NCBI RefSeq assembly: GCF_001194135.2
Contig: NC_068993.1
Location: 34,724,058 to 34,788,057, forward strand
Reading direction: 5' to 3'
DNA: 64,000 nt
From: Octopus bimaculoides
Taxonomy: Eukaryota
In this document: positions 13,776 through 26,932 of the stretch, piece by piece
Layout of the letters: every line of letters begins with the position of its first letter
How positions within the stretch are numbered: position 1 is the stretch's first letter
The notes under the pieces: model-generated
The model's input: only the letters and a program-made list of their open reading frames with translations
The model's database searches: none
Told to the model about the DNA's origin: nothing
Program-made: the position numbers and the translations under genes

Positions 13776-13810
<35 letters not shown>

Positions 13811-13887
13811 CGGCCATTATTATGATTGACCGTTGACTGAACACTATTCAATTTTTTTTCTCCGTGTTTTTCTCCTTGTCTCCGTAT

Positions 13888-13924
13888 TCTTTCTGTTGAA
13901 GAGCGTAGCTCGAAACGTCAAAGA
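13888..13924 (+). ncRNA. Minimal type-I hammerhead ribozyme-like motif (core variant CUGUUGA) in a Penelope/retrozyme-like repeat (13808-13997)
   Basis: tcttt CTGTTGA a gag-cgtag-ctc GAAA c GTC aaaga: stem I tcttt/aaaga (5 bp), stem II gag/ctc, palindromic stem III ACGU, GUC cleavage triplet; A6->U deviation. Confidence 0.7.
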
Positions 13925-14361
13925 CTTTCCGTATTCCCGAGCGTCATACTAATATATACTTTTGTTATTTACACCACCTGTCCTCGTCTGTTGTTANNNN
14001 NNNNNNNNNNNNNNNNNNNNNNNNNNNNNNNNNNNNNNNNNNNNNNNNNNNNNNNNNNNNNNNNNNNNNNNNNNNNNNNNNNNNNNNNNNNNNNNNNNNN
14101 NNNNNNNNNNNNNNNNNNNNNNNNNNNNNNNNNNNNNNNNNNNNNNNNNNNNNNNNNNNNNNNNNNNNNNNNNNNNNNNNNNNNNNNNNNNNNNNNNNNN
14201 NNNNNNNNNNNNNNNNNNNNNNNNNNNNNNNNNNNNNNNNNNNNNNNNNNNNNNNNNNNNNNNNNNNNNNNNNNNNNNNNNNNNNNNNNNNNNNNNNNNN
14301 NNNNNNNNNNNNNNNNNNNNNNNNNNNNNNNNNNNNNNNNNNNNNNNNNNNNNNNNNNNNN

Positions 14362-14393
<32 letters not shown>

Positions 14394-14845
14394 GTGTATA
14401 TATCCTATATATTATATCCCGGAAAGTTTTCATTTACCAAATTCCACTCACAGCGTAAAGGTCAAGCCAATTCTAAGGTTAAGTTTTAAAATATTGTTGT
14501 GGGTATTGCACAATGTGATTGAAACAAGAACTGCAGGGTAGTGCAGTAAAATTTTAAACACAGTCCCATGCCTCTGCCCTTTGCAAAAGAGTACTTTCCT
14601 AGAGAATCTCTCTTCTCAGCTATTACATCAACTTAGTTTATTGTGGCAAAAGTTCTTAAAATGTTTCTCTGAGACTACTTTGTGTGTGTGTCTGTCTGTC
14701 TGTATATGCGCGTATAAATGTATATGCTTCTATAAATATCCATGTATGCATGTATATGTATGTATGTGTACGAATATATGCGTGTGCATGTGCAAATGTA
14801 CAAATGTGTAGATGTTTTAATTATAACAATCTCATACTCTAATGA

Positions 14846-14945
14846 GTGATGAGAATATTCCTTGTGTAATAAGAACATTCCTTGAGTGATGGGGACATTC
14901 CTTTAGTGACGATAACTTTCCTTGAATGGTAAAATTATTCCTTAA
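14846..14945. repeat. 20-bp minisatellite, 5 units (consensus ~GTGATRRGAACATTCCTTGA)
   Basis: Units start at 14846, 14866, 14886, 14906 and 14926, each with TTCCTT in the same phase. Confidence 0.85.
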
Positions 14946-15084
14946 GCTATAGGTACGTTTCTGGAAATTTTCGGCAGAATGCATGCAGGCTACTCCGAAT
15001 AATTGTAATCCAACCTGACCAAGTTCGATAATTCACATAAGAGATTCGAACTCAGTACCACAAATAAACAGTAATAATCATAAC

Positions 15085-15180
15085 ACTAGAATAAGTACCA
15101 GGCTTAAAAAGATAGGTACTAAAATTCTTCAAGGCGGCGATCCAGCATGGCCACAGACCGAAACAAATAAGAGGCAAAGG
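15085..15180 (+). mobile_element. SINE family B 3' fragment
   Basis: agaataagtaccaggcttaaaaag...aaggcggcgatccagcatggccacag. Confidence 0.65.
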
Positions 15181-15189
15181 AATTTGTGT

Positions 15190-15276
15190 GTGTAGAGAGA
15201 GAGAGAGAGGAGGAGGAGGAGAGGAGGAGAGGGAGAGAGGGAGAGAGAGAGAAAAAGTGAGAGAAAGGGCGAGATG

Positions 15277-15327
<51 letters not shown>

Positions 15328-15855
15328 GCTAATTTGAGATATCATTTACCATTTCAAACTTTAGATCAAGGATAATTTCAATTAAGATCTACCAAACAGT
15401 CATTCATTTAACAATCTTTTTCCTGTCTTGTGATAATTTAAAGAGATGGACTGGGTTGTTTCATGTTAAGTGTCACAAATATAGACACAACGAAGCACTT
15501 CGTGACTATACTAACAATTTAGTCCCCACGGCCATAATTTTTGTGGAAATGCTTTGGCTATTATTGAGCAGCTGAAATATTGGTTTCAAATTTTGGTACA
15601 AGGTCAGAAATTCCGGGGAACGGACTAAGTCGATTAGACTGAACCTAGTGCTCAACTGGTTCTTATTTTCTCGACCTCGAAAGGTAAGTCGACTTCGGCG
15701 GAAGTTGAACTTAGAAGGTAAAGATGGACGAATTGTCGCTAATCATTTTGCTAACGATTCTGCCAGCTCGTCGCCTTGTGGAGCTGGAATATTGATGTAA
15801 TGACTGTGCCTTCACCTCATGTTTGCGTATGACAGAGAGAGAGGGAGAGAGAGAC

Positions 15856-15886
<31 letters not shown>

Positions 15887-16082
15887 CAGAGACAGAGAGA
15901 GAGACAGACAGAGAGAGAGACAGACACAGAGAGAGATAGACAGAGAGGCAGAGAGAGAGACAGACAGAGAGAGAGACAGAGAGGCAGAGAGAGACAGAGA
16001 GAGAGACAGACAGTGAGAAAACGAGAGAGAGAGAGAGGGGGGAGAGACAGGCAGTGAGAATACGAGAGAGAGAGAGAGAGAG

Positions 16083-16113
<31 letters not shown>

Positions 16114-16115
16114 TT
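15190..16115. repeat. Two GA/GACA-rich microsatellite tracts (15190-15322; 15832-16115) around a SINE A copy
   Basis: Direct reading. Confidence 0.9.
15580..15778 (-). mobile_element. SINE family A, diverged
   Basis: aagtcgacttcggcggaagttgaacttagaaggtaaag...gattctgccagctcgtcgcctt. Confidence 0.8.
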
Positions 16116-16269
16116 ATCAATATAAATAATTTGAGACCAAAAAGTAATAATTCACAAACTATCCAATCTGTCTGCCCAGGAAAGAGAATCTGACCCCGGT
16201 TCCAAACTGTTCCTGTTTGACTGTGCTTGTAGCACATCACTTCAATCTTACACATTTTCATAAATTAAG

Positions 16270-16715
16270 TGCATGTAGCTAGAGCAACTACTGCACTCAG
16301 TTTGTCCTACTGGCACATATAGTTGTTCGATGCGATAGTGATGTCGAGGCCTATTGCAACATTGACATGTTTAATGTGTTGATCGTGTATAGCTAGGCCA
16401 ACATGTACTTAGGCTTACATGTACCCAGGCATATATGCAGCTAGTCATACACGTAGCTAAGCCTACGTGTAGCCAGGTCTACATGCACCTAGGCCTACAT
16501 GTAGTTAGATCTACATGTGGATAGGCATATTGTTACATTCAGTTACTCGATGTGGTAGCGATCTGTAGCTTGGGCCTGCATGTAATTAGGGATGCTGGTA
16601 GTTTCGGTTGTTCGATTTAGAAGTCATTATTAGGTTGATCTACATATAGGCCAACTGATGCATTCAGTTGCTTATCATGTGGTCGTGTTTAGATAGGCCT
16701 ACATGTAGCTAGTGA
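16270..16715. repeat. Degenerate minisatellite built on palindromic AGGCCTACATGTAGCTAG-like units
   Basis: Recurring ctacatgtag, aggccta and gtagctag motifs. Confidence 0.6.
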
Positions 16716-17351
16716 TACTGGTACATTAGTAAAAGTTATTTCTTTTACTCTTCCTCTCTCTCTCCCTCTTTCTTTCTTTCTTTCTCTTTCTTCCTCTCTT
16801 TCTCTCTCTCTCTTAGGACTTATATCATTTTCGCTTTAATAAAACTATTAGATACCCCAATATGATGGTCATGTATAACTGGACTTATATACAGCTAGGC
16901 ATCTTGCCACATTCCATTGTTCGATGTGTCAGCTATGATTCTGAGTTAATGAGTTGATATGATCTGTTATGTCAGCTGTTAGAAATACAGTTTTCTATAG
17001 TCAAAAAGGAGCCACGACGTGATTACACTACTTATTAGAAAAACAAACTCCATTAACTTACACTCTTGAAGAGAAACATCATTTTTTTGTTATTTTACTG
17101 AAGTGGAAATATAACAGGGTTTAAAAAGAAAGGCAAGAATAAAACTTAACAAATAATCCACCTGAGAAGTGCCAAGTAAACCTCAACGGTTTATAATAAC
17201 AGTATCGGAAACGAATTCATTTCATAAATTACAACATAAAATTGAATAAAGTTAGAGTATGAGCATTGTAAAAGCAGAAAAACAAACAAAAAATTAGGCA
17301 TTTTAGTAATTGATGAAAAATATGTCTTAATTCTTCCTAGTATAATAATAG

Positions 17352-17515
17352 TGGTTTCAATTTTGGCACAAAGTTAGCAATATTAGAGGAAGCAGTAAGA
17401 TGGTATTATTGACCCCAGGTGCTCCGCTGGTATTTATTTTAGAGACCCAGAAAAGATGAAAAGCAAAGTCGACCTCGGTGACATTTGAACTCAGAACGTA
17501 AAAACGGGCAAAAGG
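17352..17515 (-). mobile_element. SINE family A, 5' truncated
   Basis: aagcaaagtcgacctcggtgacatttgaactcagaacgtaaa. Confidence 0.8.
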
Positions 17516-17546
17516 CCTAATAATAATACTGATAATAATAATAATA

Positions 17547-19372
17547 CTTTATTAGCCACCAGGGCCGAACACAAAGCATAGAGGACGATACACAGACGAG
17601 GGACACTGAGATTAAACGTGTAAACAGCTAACAAACACAACGATTAACAAAGAGATTAAATCAACAACATGCCTCCCCAGTAGTGGGGGGGATTCCACTG
17701 TAAGGTGACCAAAGAGACCTCACGCGCTTTGGACCCCCTAACACCGAAGGCTCCTCAGGAAGGCACCATCTCCTCCCTCTTCCGTCCGGCCTTCAGGCAC
17801 ACACTTAGAGTAGGCCCATTCACGCGGGCCGTTCTTGCCATATTCACCCACTTACTGAGTGACAGTACATCCCACTCCAACAGCAATTTCCTTTTCAGTT
17901 GGAACATGAAAAAGTCAATGAGGCCTTGGCCAAAGACGAAGGTACCTGTCTTCAACCTTTCAATTCCGTCAACCACACAATTTATTTTACCATAGCTACT
18001 AAAGAAAAATTGCCCTCCCCTCCTGGCCAAAGGAAGGAGGCAGAGCGATCTTCACAATGGACTCGGACAATAGCCGGATCCATCCTACACGTGACATTAA
18101 CTGTTCTTCAAAGCTCCACAAGTCAGCAATGCGCTGACACTATACGAGAGCATACAGAACGGTTTCATCGCTCGACGTGCATCTCGGATAAGCCCGAGTG
18201 ACTGCACACCCATGCCTGTAGAGCTTATCTCGATCCGTCAGCACTTCACGGTAGCACTGTCAGGCCAGGGATTTCTGGAAGTTCCCGGACGAAAGTCCTC
18301 CGGAAGAGAACAGCCAGTTGATCCCCATCTCCGACGCCCAGGTCCTCTCCGAACACGTCGTCACTCTTGCCTTCCACTAATCCCCTATAAAACTCCATGG
18401 TGGAACGTCCACCGACCGCATTGTCCGACAGGCCAAGGGTGGTGAGCGCTTGGAGACACTCTAGGTGCCAAGCGCCCCGCCTCAGTCCACGCCTGATCCA
18501 GGACTGTAGCTCCGCCAACGGGACGAGCTACGAAAAAGCGCATTCAATAAACGGCGACCACACCCACTCACCGTTAAGGTATCGCTGGAGATGTCGCAGC
18601 CTCAGCGCATGTCTGCGTATCCTCAGCCACGGCATGCCCAGTCTTCCATGCAATGTGTGCTGACAGCAAATGACCCTCTGACAAGTGGTACCTGTTCCGT
18701 CTACAAGAAGCGAAAGAGCAAACACACCAGCACGTTCAGCCACGAAATAGGACAAGGAATGACAGTCAGACGGTAGTATATGACAGATGAGATGTACGCA
18801 TTCGCCACCTGCACCTGACCTTTCAGGGACAGCTTCTACTCGACCCGTTTCTGGGTGAAACTGGCCGCCCTATCTGTCACTTCACAGCAGTTATTGTCCA
18901 CTTAGAGATCCGGACCGAACCAGATCCCGAGCAACTTAACAGGTCCTGCCGACCAGCGCCCCACCACGCTGTCACTTGGCATGGGTCACTCTTTCCAGAT
19001 GCTGAGCTGCAGGCCCACTGATCTTTTCTGGTTGATCATTGCTCCTGTCACCGCTTCTTATTCCCTTGGGGTTGTGCCGACCATCTCGATTTCCGAGATG
19101 TCCGATATTGTCACAGTGACGTCGTCCGCATACGCTGACACGAATTCCGCATCCCAGTTCACGCGGGATAACCCTCGAAACTTCCAGCCTCCGCAGTAAT
19201 GACTCGAGTGCCAGTACGTAAAAAAAAGGGGTGAGAGTAGGCATCCTTGACGGACTGAAAGTGCGATACTAAACGATACCGAGAGGTGGCCATTTACTTT
19301 GACCAGCGAACAGATGTCGCTGTACATTGCAATGATCCAGCCTCTGAAAACGGGACCGAAATCAGCCCCAAA
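17547..19372 (-). mobile_element. L1-Tx1 clade LINE, 5'-truncated, with RT C-terminal half, ORF2 C-terminus, 3' UTR, AATAAA and (TAT)n tail
   Basis: SVRQGCLLSPL, VSAYADDVTV, KLLGIWFGP, YRLTVIPCP, GRLGMPWL; 3' end gtggctaataaag-tattattatt; frameshifted. Confidence 0.92.
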
Positions 19373-19585
19373 ATGGGACTTTGGTTAACAAACGTCAGCA
19401 CCCACCCCCCTTCCCACACACCTCCAGCATGGCAGCTGGCTTACAAAACGATTTAAATAACAAGATACAGTATAGAACCTTTGAAACAGGTGAATTAGTC
19501 ATAAACTTACAGCGCTCCAGAAGCACACTTCCAGCCAGGCCACAATCATCTGGGATATGCCGGTTCAAACTAGCAAAGAAATAAA

Positions 19586-20222
19586 TGCTAGTCACCCAGA
19601 AATAATAGTCAAGGATTGGAGAAAAAACACTAGCTTACTGATAGACATTGCAATCCCTTCTGATCAAAATATTGTCAAAAAAGAAGTGGAGAAATTGTCC
19701 AAAGTACAAAGACTTAGAAATTGAAGTATTCAAAATGTGGGGCATGAAGTTAAAAGCAATACTAATAATAATTGAAACATTAGGCATGATAAAAAGTCAT
19801 ATGAGCACAAATTTATAAGCTATACCTGGATCCTCAACACTACACATTGTCAAAAAATTGCCCTGCTAGGAACAGCCCACATCCTACACAAGACACTATC
19901 AATTCAATAATATAGCCTAAACAAAACAACCCACAAATACAAGACACACTCTACACAGCATTTACCCAGTGAAATAAGGTCCCACCAGCAAGTCAGAAAA
20001 CAAAAATATTGCACACTCAACACACAATACAAGCAGTAACACAACAAAAGACAGCACCACACCTCGAGGAGAAGAAGCTAACACAACACAGTACCGGGAA
20101 GAGTTCACACGCTCCTAACAGCAGCAAGGAACACACAACACTGCACACGAAGGTGTAGCGGATGATGCAGTAGAAATTTGCCTCAATCTACCAAATACTA
20201 AACAGTTACAGGATAATAATAA
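19586..20222 (+). mobile_element. R4/Dong clade LINE 3' fragment (restriction-like endonuclease domain, AC-rich 3' UTR) ending in (AAT)n
   Basis: HPEIIVKDWRKNTSLLIDIAIPSDQNIVKKEVEKLSK/YKDLEIEVFKMW...KIALLGTAHILHKTLSIQ* (PD..D..K RLE motif). Confidence 0.85.
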
Positions 20223-20680
20223 TTCTTTCTTTATTGATCACAAGGTCTGTAAAACGTCTAGGCTAATACAAAGAGAAAGAAAAGTGGGAATTTACATAGA
20301 AACGTATGAACAATAAATGCAATAACAATTTACAAAAAGAAATATTGGCAAACAAAATCTCTAATAGGGGTTAAATTGCTGCATTTGGACAACCAAGGAA
20401 CCCCACAGATCCCGGGCCACCCTTCTCATCAGGTGCACCATGGCATGTGCTCGTCTCTCTTCCGTCTTCATCAGCCTGCAGGCATCAGCTTAGAGTAGAC
20501 ACACTCCCTCGAGTCATACTCGCCTCACGCTTTCCTTTTCAAATAAAATTTTTAAAAGTCAGTGAGCCTTGGCCGAAGTGGAAAGTGTTTGTCTTCAACC
20601 CTTTCAGACTCGTTCACCACACAACCTATTTCGCCATAGCAACCAGGAAGAGGAATATTGCATGCCTTTACCGACCAAAT
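20212..20680 (-). mobile_element. L1-Tx1 LINE extreme 3' fragment
   Basis: LFLVAMAK.VVW..SLKGLKTNTF..GQG parallels 17750-18030; ends ccttgtgatcaataaagaaagaattattatt. Confidence 0.8.
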
Positions 20681-22789
20681 AACAATAATGGGCTCAAATT
20701 TATCTAATAAAATATCTTAACTCTTTTACCATTAGAGTAATTGTTTAGATTTTGTCACCTTGATGAAATTTTACATTGGCCATTATTGTTTGTATCAAAG
20801 CTTCAATCAAAGAAAGGCAGTGAATTTTTTTAATCTCAATTAACAAAATTATTCAAAAATGTGCGTACATAGACTGGTATTTGTAAATGGATGCATCCAT
20901 TTGTACCATTGATCGTGCTCTTTTCCATGAATGAACGTACCAATTTGTATGAATAGACGTACACATTTGCGTACACATTTGTGGTATGCAGCAGGTGGAT
21001 GTTCACAAAGAAGGGTAGTAGAAAAAGAGAAGTTCGACCTTGTAATATGACACTTTATTCATAAACGATAGATCATTTGCAATGCGTTGCTAAATGTGAG
21101 ATTTTTCTTTAATCCGAGAAAGCTTCTAGTGAATTATTTATGGGTGCTTTGAATTTCTAATGAATTATTTATAAGCTCTGTGAATTTCCCTCTTTGAACT
21201 TGTTTACTTCTTTGGTTTCCTACCTAAAGAATGAAAGAGGAAAACCACGGAGTTAAAAAATATGTACAGTACGCATGTTTTAAACATGCGACAAAGAATT
21301 TAATGTCTCTGTCCTTGACAGCTTTAAGGGCAAGAAATATACGTTTGTATTAACAATATCAGAAATAGAGTAAAATGCACGAGTAAAATATAGTCCTCAG
21401 TCGACACAGTGAAACAATAGGCATAATGGCTATGGCCAAAAAGAGCTGACGTAAGGCAGAACAAAAACAACAAAAAGAGTTGTCTGAGACTATGATTATT
21501 ATTACATTGAATAAATGTTTGCGAATATTAGATTCTATTTAAGTTTAAATAATAGGATACATGACTCCAATATTATGCATTTAAGCTAAACGACTGCCAA
21601 AATAGTTTGATTGCCTCACGTTAGTGATACTACGTTTACATATACCCTTCAGAGAACATCAACATAGTGGTTTGACTTAGTGTAACTAACATCCAAATCT
21701 CCTCCAAACCACACCCAAGCATCAGAAAAAAGAAATAATGCGGAAAATAAATAAATCATTCCAAATAAAACCACAACGACCCCAGTTTTATTCTAATGTT
21801 TTACTTTATCAACCCTGAGAAAATGAAAGCAAAGCTGATCTCGCATGATTTCATCTCAGAACTTATACAGCAAGGTCAGACTCAAAGCATTTCGTCTGAC
21901 TCTCTAACATTTCCACCAATCCATCCCAGTGGACATATTGGATTACGTAGTCCTAGATATACTCTCTCTCTCTCTTTCTGTCTGTCTGAAGGTCTCTTCC
22001 TCCCTCTCTTTCTCTCTCTATCTCTCTCTGTGACCACAAGATAATATGGTCATGCCTGGATTATCTTTGATTATAGATCTGCTCATTCGGGATTGATTTA
22101 GTGATAAATACCAACAAAAGCAACAATGTGCTTCGTGGAGCAAACAACTTTTTCATTAGAAACTCTTAACCACATTTGAAATAGGAATCGCCTGTTTAAA
22201 ATCTCGAAATCTAATTATAGGAATCTCGTAATACAATCATTGTAGCTAGAATGCCATAATCACATAGGTTAGAGAAAGTGATTCTTCATAGTCCTTTTGA
22301 ACCATGGGAGGAGCGAAATCATTCAACTTTAACACAAAACAAACTTGCTAGCTACTAACCCCATCAAATAAGAATGCAAGAATTGAGTTTCCAGTATAAT
22401 ATCTGTAGTATCTATATTGGTTTGTTACGAATATAAACGTTAGTTAGAACACCTATTTATAACCAGTACCTTCATATTAGATATCATTAGTAATTTTGGG
22501 GGAGTTATTGATTATTCAAAATTTACTCAACTCACAGTGTCATGCAGATTATAGAAAAGCTATTTATAAACAATCATGTCTATAAATACTCAAAATCTAC
22601 CCATTCACTCACTCACCTTCAATATAATTCTCTTCCTCCTGCTTTCACTCTCTCTCTCTTTCTTTCTCTTTCTCACCACTCTCTCTATCTTTCTCTGTCA
22701 TTCTTTTTCTGCTTTATTTCTCTCACACCAATATACACACAATCCTGTACACATTAATCTTCAAGCATAAATACAAATACGTACAAACA

Positions 22790-22820
22790 CATATGTGTTT
22801 GTGTGTAAGTGTGTGTGTGT

Positions 22821-22899
<79 letters not shown>

Positions 22900-22905
22900 T
22901 GTGTA
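22790..22905. repeat. (GT)n microsatellite
   Basis: Direct reading. Confidence 0.95.
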
Positions 22906-23391
22906 AGTACGTACGTGTATGTGCAGATAGTTTTATGTATGTATTAAGATTTCTCTCCAGGCTGCTAGAATCCAAGCTATAATCTCGGAGATCTGAGTCT
23001 GCGACACTCCAATTACTAGGTGCAGTTATTTGCGTACTTTCATGTCACCAAATCTCTTACGGAATACAAACAATTGTTGTTTCTATTGTACATTAACTAT
23101 TAAGCATTCTGAATATTTTTATATCAAACATCTTATGATCAAAATACTTATTGATTACAGGTTTCCAATAGGGTGGTCAGATATTTCATTGCATGCCTAA
23201 TAGCAAGTGCAATAGGAGGTATCTATGTGAATAGAGCAGAAAAATTACAGAACGGGATTTTTTTCTCGTTCGAACATACCTTTCCATCACTTTCCATACT
23301 GGCGTTTATATACTCATGAAACACACCCATTACATACATACAAACATATATATATAAATTCATACATATATGCCTACATACATACGTACAT

Positions 23392-23496
<105 letters not shown>

Positions 23497-23699
23497 CTCT
23501 CTTTTACTCTTTTACTTGTTTCAGTTATTTGACTGCGGCCATGCTGGAGCACCACCTTTAGTCGATAAAATCGACACCAGGACTTATTCTTTGTAAGCCT
23601 AGTACTTATTCTATCGGTCTCTTTTTTCCGAACCGCTAAGTTACGGGGACGTAAACACACCAGCATCGGTTGTCAAGCGATGGTGGGTGGACAAACACA
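23497..23699 (-). mobile_element. SINE family B 3' half (young-looking), cut by a gap
   Basis: cttgtttcagttatttgactgcggccatgctggagcacc...cgctaagttacggggacgtaaacacaccagcatcggttgtcaagcga. Confidence 0.9.
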
Positions 23700-24004
23700 N
23701 NNNNNNNNNNNNNNNNNNNNNNNNNNNNNNNNNNNNNNNNNNNNNNNNNNNNNNNNNNNNNNNNNNNNNNNNNNNNNNNNNNNNNNNNNNNNNNNNNNNN
23801 NNNNNNNNNNNNNNNNNNNNNNNNNNNNNNNNNNTGCATGCCTAATAGCAAGTGCAATAGGAGGTATCTATGTGAATAGAGCAGAAAAATTACAGAACGG
23901 GATTTTTTTCTCGTTCGAACATACCTTTCCATCACTTTCCATACTGGCGTTTATATACTCATGAAACACACCCATTACATACATACAAACATATATATAT
24001 AAAT

Positions 24005-24080
24005 ATATATACGACGGGCTTCTTTCAATTCCCGTCTACCAAATCCACTCACAAGGCTTTGGTCGGCCCGAGACTATGTA
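24005..24080 (-). mobile_element. SINE family B middle segment
   Basis: acgacgggcttctttcaattcccgtctaccaaatccactcacaaggctttggtcggcccgag. Confidence 0.85.
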
Positions 24081-24084
24081 TTGC

Positions 24085-26130
24085 ACGATTTCGCTTGCGG
24101 AACGTTGTTTATGATATCCATGTTCACTTCAGACGGATTGTGGAAAAGATCTGCAAAGTGTTCTCTCCATCAATTCATTATCCCAGGAGGATTTTAATAA
24201 CTTCATTTCCATCTTGCAAATTCATTCAAGGGAACATATGATGATGAAGATTGCGGTCCAAAAGCTTGCAGCACTAAACTATATAAACTTTTAATGCCTT
24301 TCCTATCATAGGCTGCCTGTAATTCCCCAGACAAATTCCTCCAAGTGTCTTTAGGCCTCCTGAGTTCTTTTTGCAAGTCTGCTTTCTGAGACTTGTACAA
24401 CTTTTCTAATTGCACTTTGTTCTTAATGTTTGGGTCAAGAAGCTTTTCATGAGTCGACCTCTTTGTTGCTAAAGGCTCATTTATCACTGTATCATTGGAA
24501 TCAAACCAGTCTCGGTGTTGTCTCCTCTTAAAACCTAACACCTCTGAATCTTCAAAATGAACATTGCTGCATCACTTCTGAAACAACTGCAAAACTTGCA
24601 GTTGTTTTAGCCTCTCTACATCATTTTTCTTTGGTACTCGTACACCTGCACTACGAATCTTCTTACGGACCCTTAACTTGAAATTGGCTCTAACCATTTT
24701 GTGATCAGTATCACAATCAGCACCTCACAATACTCTGAGACTACACAAATCTTGTAAGTCAAATTTCCGAGTTAATACAAAGTCAGTCGTGTGACCTGGC
24801 TTTGATCTTGGATTAATCCAGGTAACTTTGTTTCATCTAGCTCAGAACACATTTGTAGCAGATGCAACCCATTGTTATTCATCTTTCCTATTCCATAACG
24901 CCCAAGTGCATTCCAAGCACCATAGTCTCTTCCAACACGTGCATTAAAGTCACCAAGCACAATCAACTTCTCATTCAAAGGGACTGACAGAATACTTCTT
25001 CTAAGCTCCTCATAAAATGCATAGATATTTTCCTCACTTGTTCAAAGTGTAGGAGCTTAGAGAAAACAGTTACAAAACATCCACAAGAAAGAGAGATCCG
25101 GTGTTTCATTATGCGTGTATTTATGTGTTGCGGTTGTTCTAGGTCTTTTAGCAAATCACTTCTAATTACAAACCCAACACCACCTTCCCTTTTTTCTCCC
25201 TTTGGCTTCCCAACCCAGAATAATGTGAAAGCTGCCGCTCTTTCGACAAGATGATCTTCATCTCAAAGTCTTGTTTCAGAAAGAGCTGCAATATCAACAT
25301 TAAGACGCCTTATCTCCTTAGTTACTAGAGCTGTTCTTCTTTCAGGCCTATCTGCTCGATCTAAATGAGTTCTCACATTGCAACAGGTCAGGTTAAGAGA
25401 ATCCTTATTCCTTGCATATTTGTTATCATTGTTTATATCAATTCTTTGTTCATTCCTGCTTAGCCGCAATAAACTAACCAGCAGAGAGAAAACAAACAAC
25501 TTTTAGCGCGCCTTTTCTAGCCCCTTCCCAATATATCAAGGTGTGCAGTATTCTCCTTAAAAGGGCTGCTCAGTCACAGGATTCTCCACCGAAAACAGTT
25601 CCTGTCCATGAAAACATGTTATCGATGTTAAGATAAGAACCCTCCGCCTTATGTGCAGATTTGTAATTGTATGCTTCCAACCGGTCAAGTCTGCATACGT
25701 CGCACGCCTCTATAGCTATAGGACTTTTGAAAAGTGATGATTGCACGAAGATGGTGTTTTGTCGGGGACATCTGTATTTCACTGGATTTCAGTGACAAAC
25801 GCTTGTACAACACTTTTGCCACTCTCTGGGGCAAAATAGTAGATTCCAGTGAGAAGCAAAGCGAGATGACTAGTTGACTGCAGGTTTTATATCGGAGTAC
25901 CTTCTCCTAGGCTTTTCTTCAAAAGGGTACTGCAAGCCAGCAGTGGTAAGTCAATTTGAATTCAGAGCTTTCTTCTCCTATACTGGTTGTCCTAATCACA
26001 GCTTTGTTTCAAAACAGGAGCCCAGTCTTCCCCCATCGACAGTCATTTCTTTCACAGTCCAGCTAGTTAGGGGACTGTCATTACCATGGTGGAGGTTTCA
26101 GCATTTCCCAAAAGGGAGGCCATATTGAGT
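24085..26130 (-). mobile_element. RTE-BovB clade LINE relic: 5' UTR, APE endonuclease and linker; RT absent (3' truncated)
   Basis: CNVRTHLDRADRPERRTALVTKEIRRLNVDIAALSETRL; LIVLGDFNARVG; RRQHRDWFDSND; frameshifted. Confidence 0.92.
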
Positions 26131-26289
26131 GATATATGTTTTCATTGTAATAAATGTTACATTAAAATTATACATGTCTACTACCATTATTTTAGTATAT
26201 ACAACCAGTCTTATGCATCGTAAGAGTTGTCTCAATTTATCTGCAAGACCCTGTATACCAGTAAGCAAAGGCACTCACAGAGGTGAGGG

Positions 26290-26880
26290 GTCGAGAACAC
26301 AGGCTAAAGCTTTCAAAAATAGCATCATTCCCACTTCATCTTTTCAGTGTTTTCAAAACTGCTGCCCTTGAGGTTCTTCTCCAGCTGGGGAACAGGGAGT
26401 AAAGTCTGGACCGTAAAGAGGGTGAGGAACAGTTGTAATGCAGATCTTTTTCAAGTAGTTGGCTACCAGTATGGAATTGTGGACTAGTGCATTGTCTTGG
26501 TGCAGTTACTACCGACTCCAGTGGAAGAGCTCTGGCTTTTTCTGACGAAATCTCTTCCTGAACTCCCACAAAGTGCTCTTTAATGACTGTCTGTCCAAAG
26601 GGAACCCAATGAATGCAGCTGTTTCTTGTGCTGTCTAGAAAAGATTTTCATGTGCTTCCCCGTGAACTTGATTAGCCTGACGTTTTGGGGTCTGGGGAAG
26701 ACAGTGTACTTCCATGTGGCATTCTCCCTCTTGATGTCTGGATCATAACAGTAGATCCAGATTTCATCACAGGTCAACAGAGATTCATGTACACTTGAAT
26801 TGGAGTTAATGAGCGCAACTATCTCTCTGCTGTCACCAACGCTTCAAGAGGAAACAACTGGGATTTACCCTAATTACCTG
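26290..26880 (-). mobile_element. mariner (DD34D-type) transposase relic
   Basis: TCDEIWIYCYDPDIKRE..WK..FPRPQ.VR..KFTGK; LHQDNALVHNSILVANYLKKICITTVPHPLYGPDF. Confidence 0.85.
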
Positions 26881-26881
26881 C

Positions 26882-26932
<51 letters not shown>

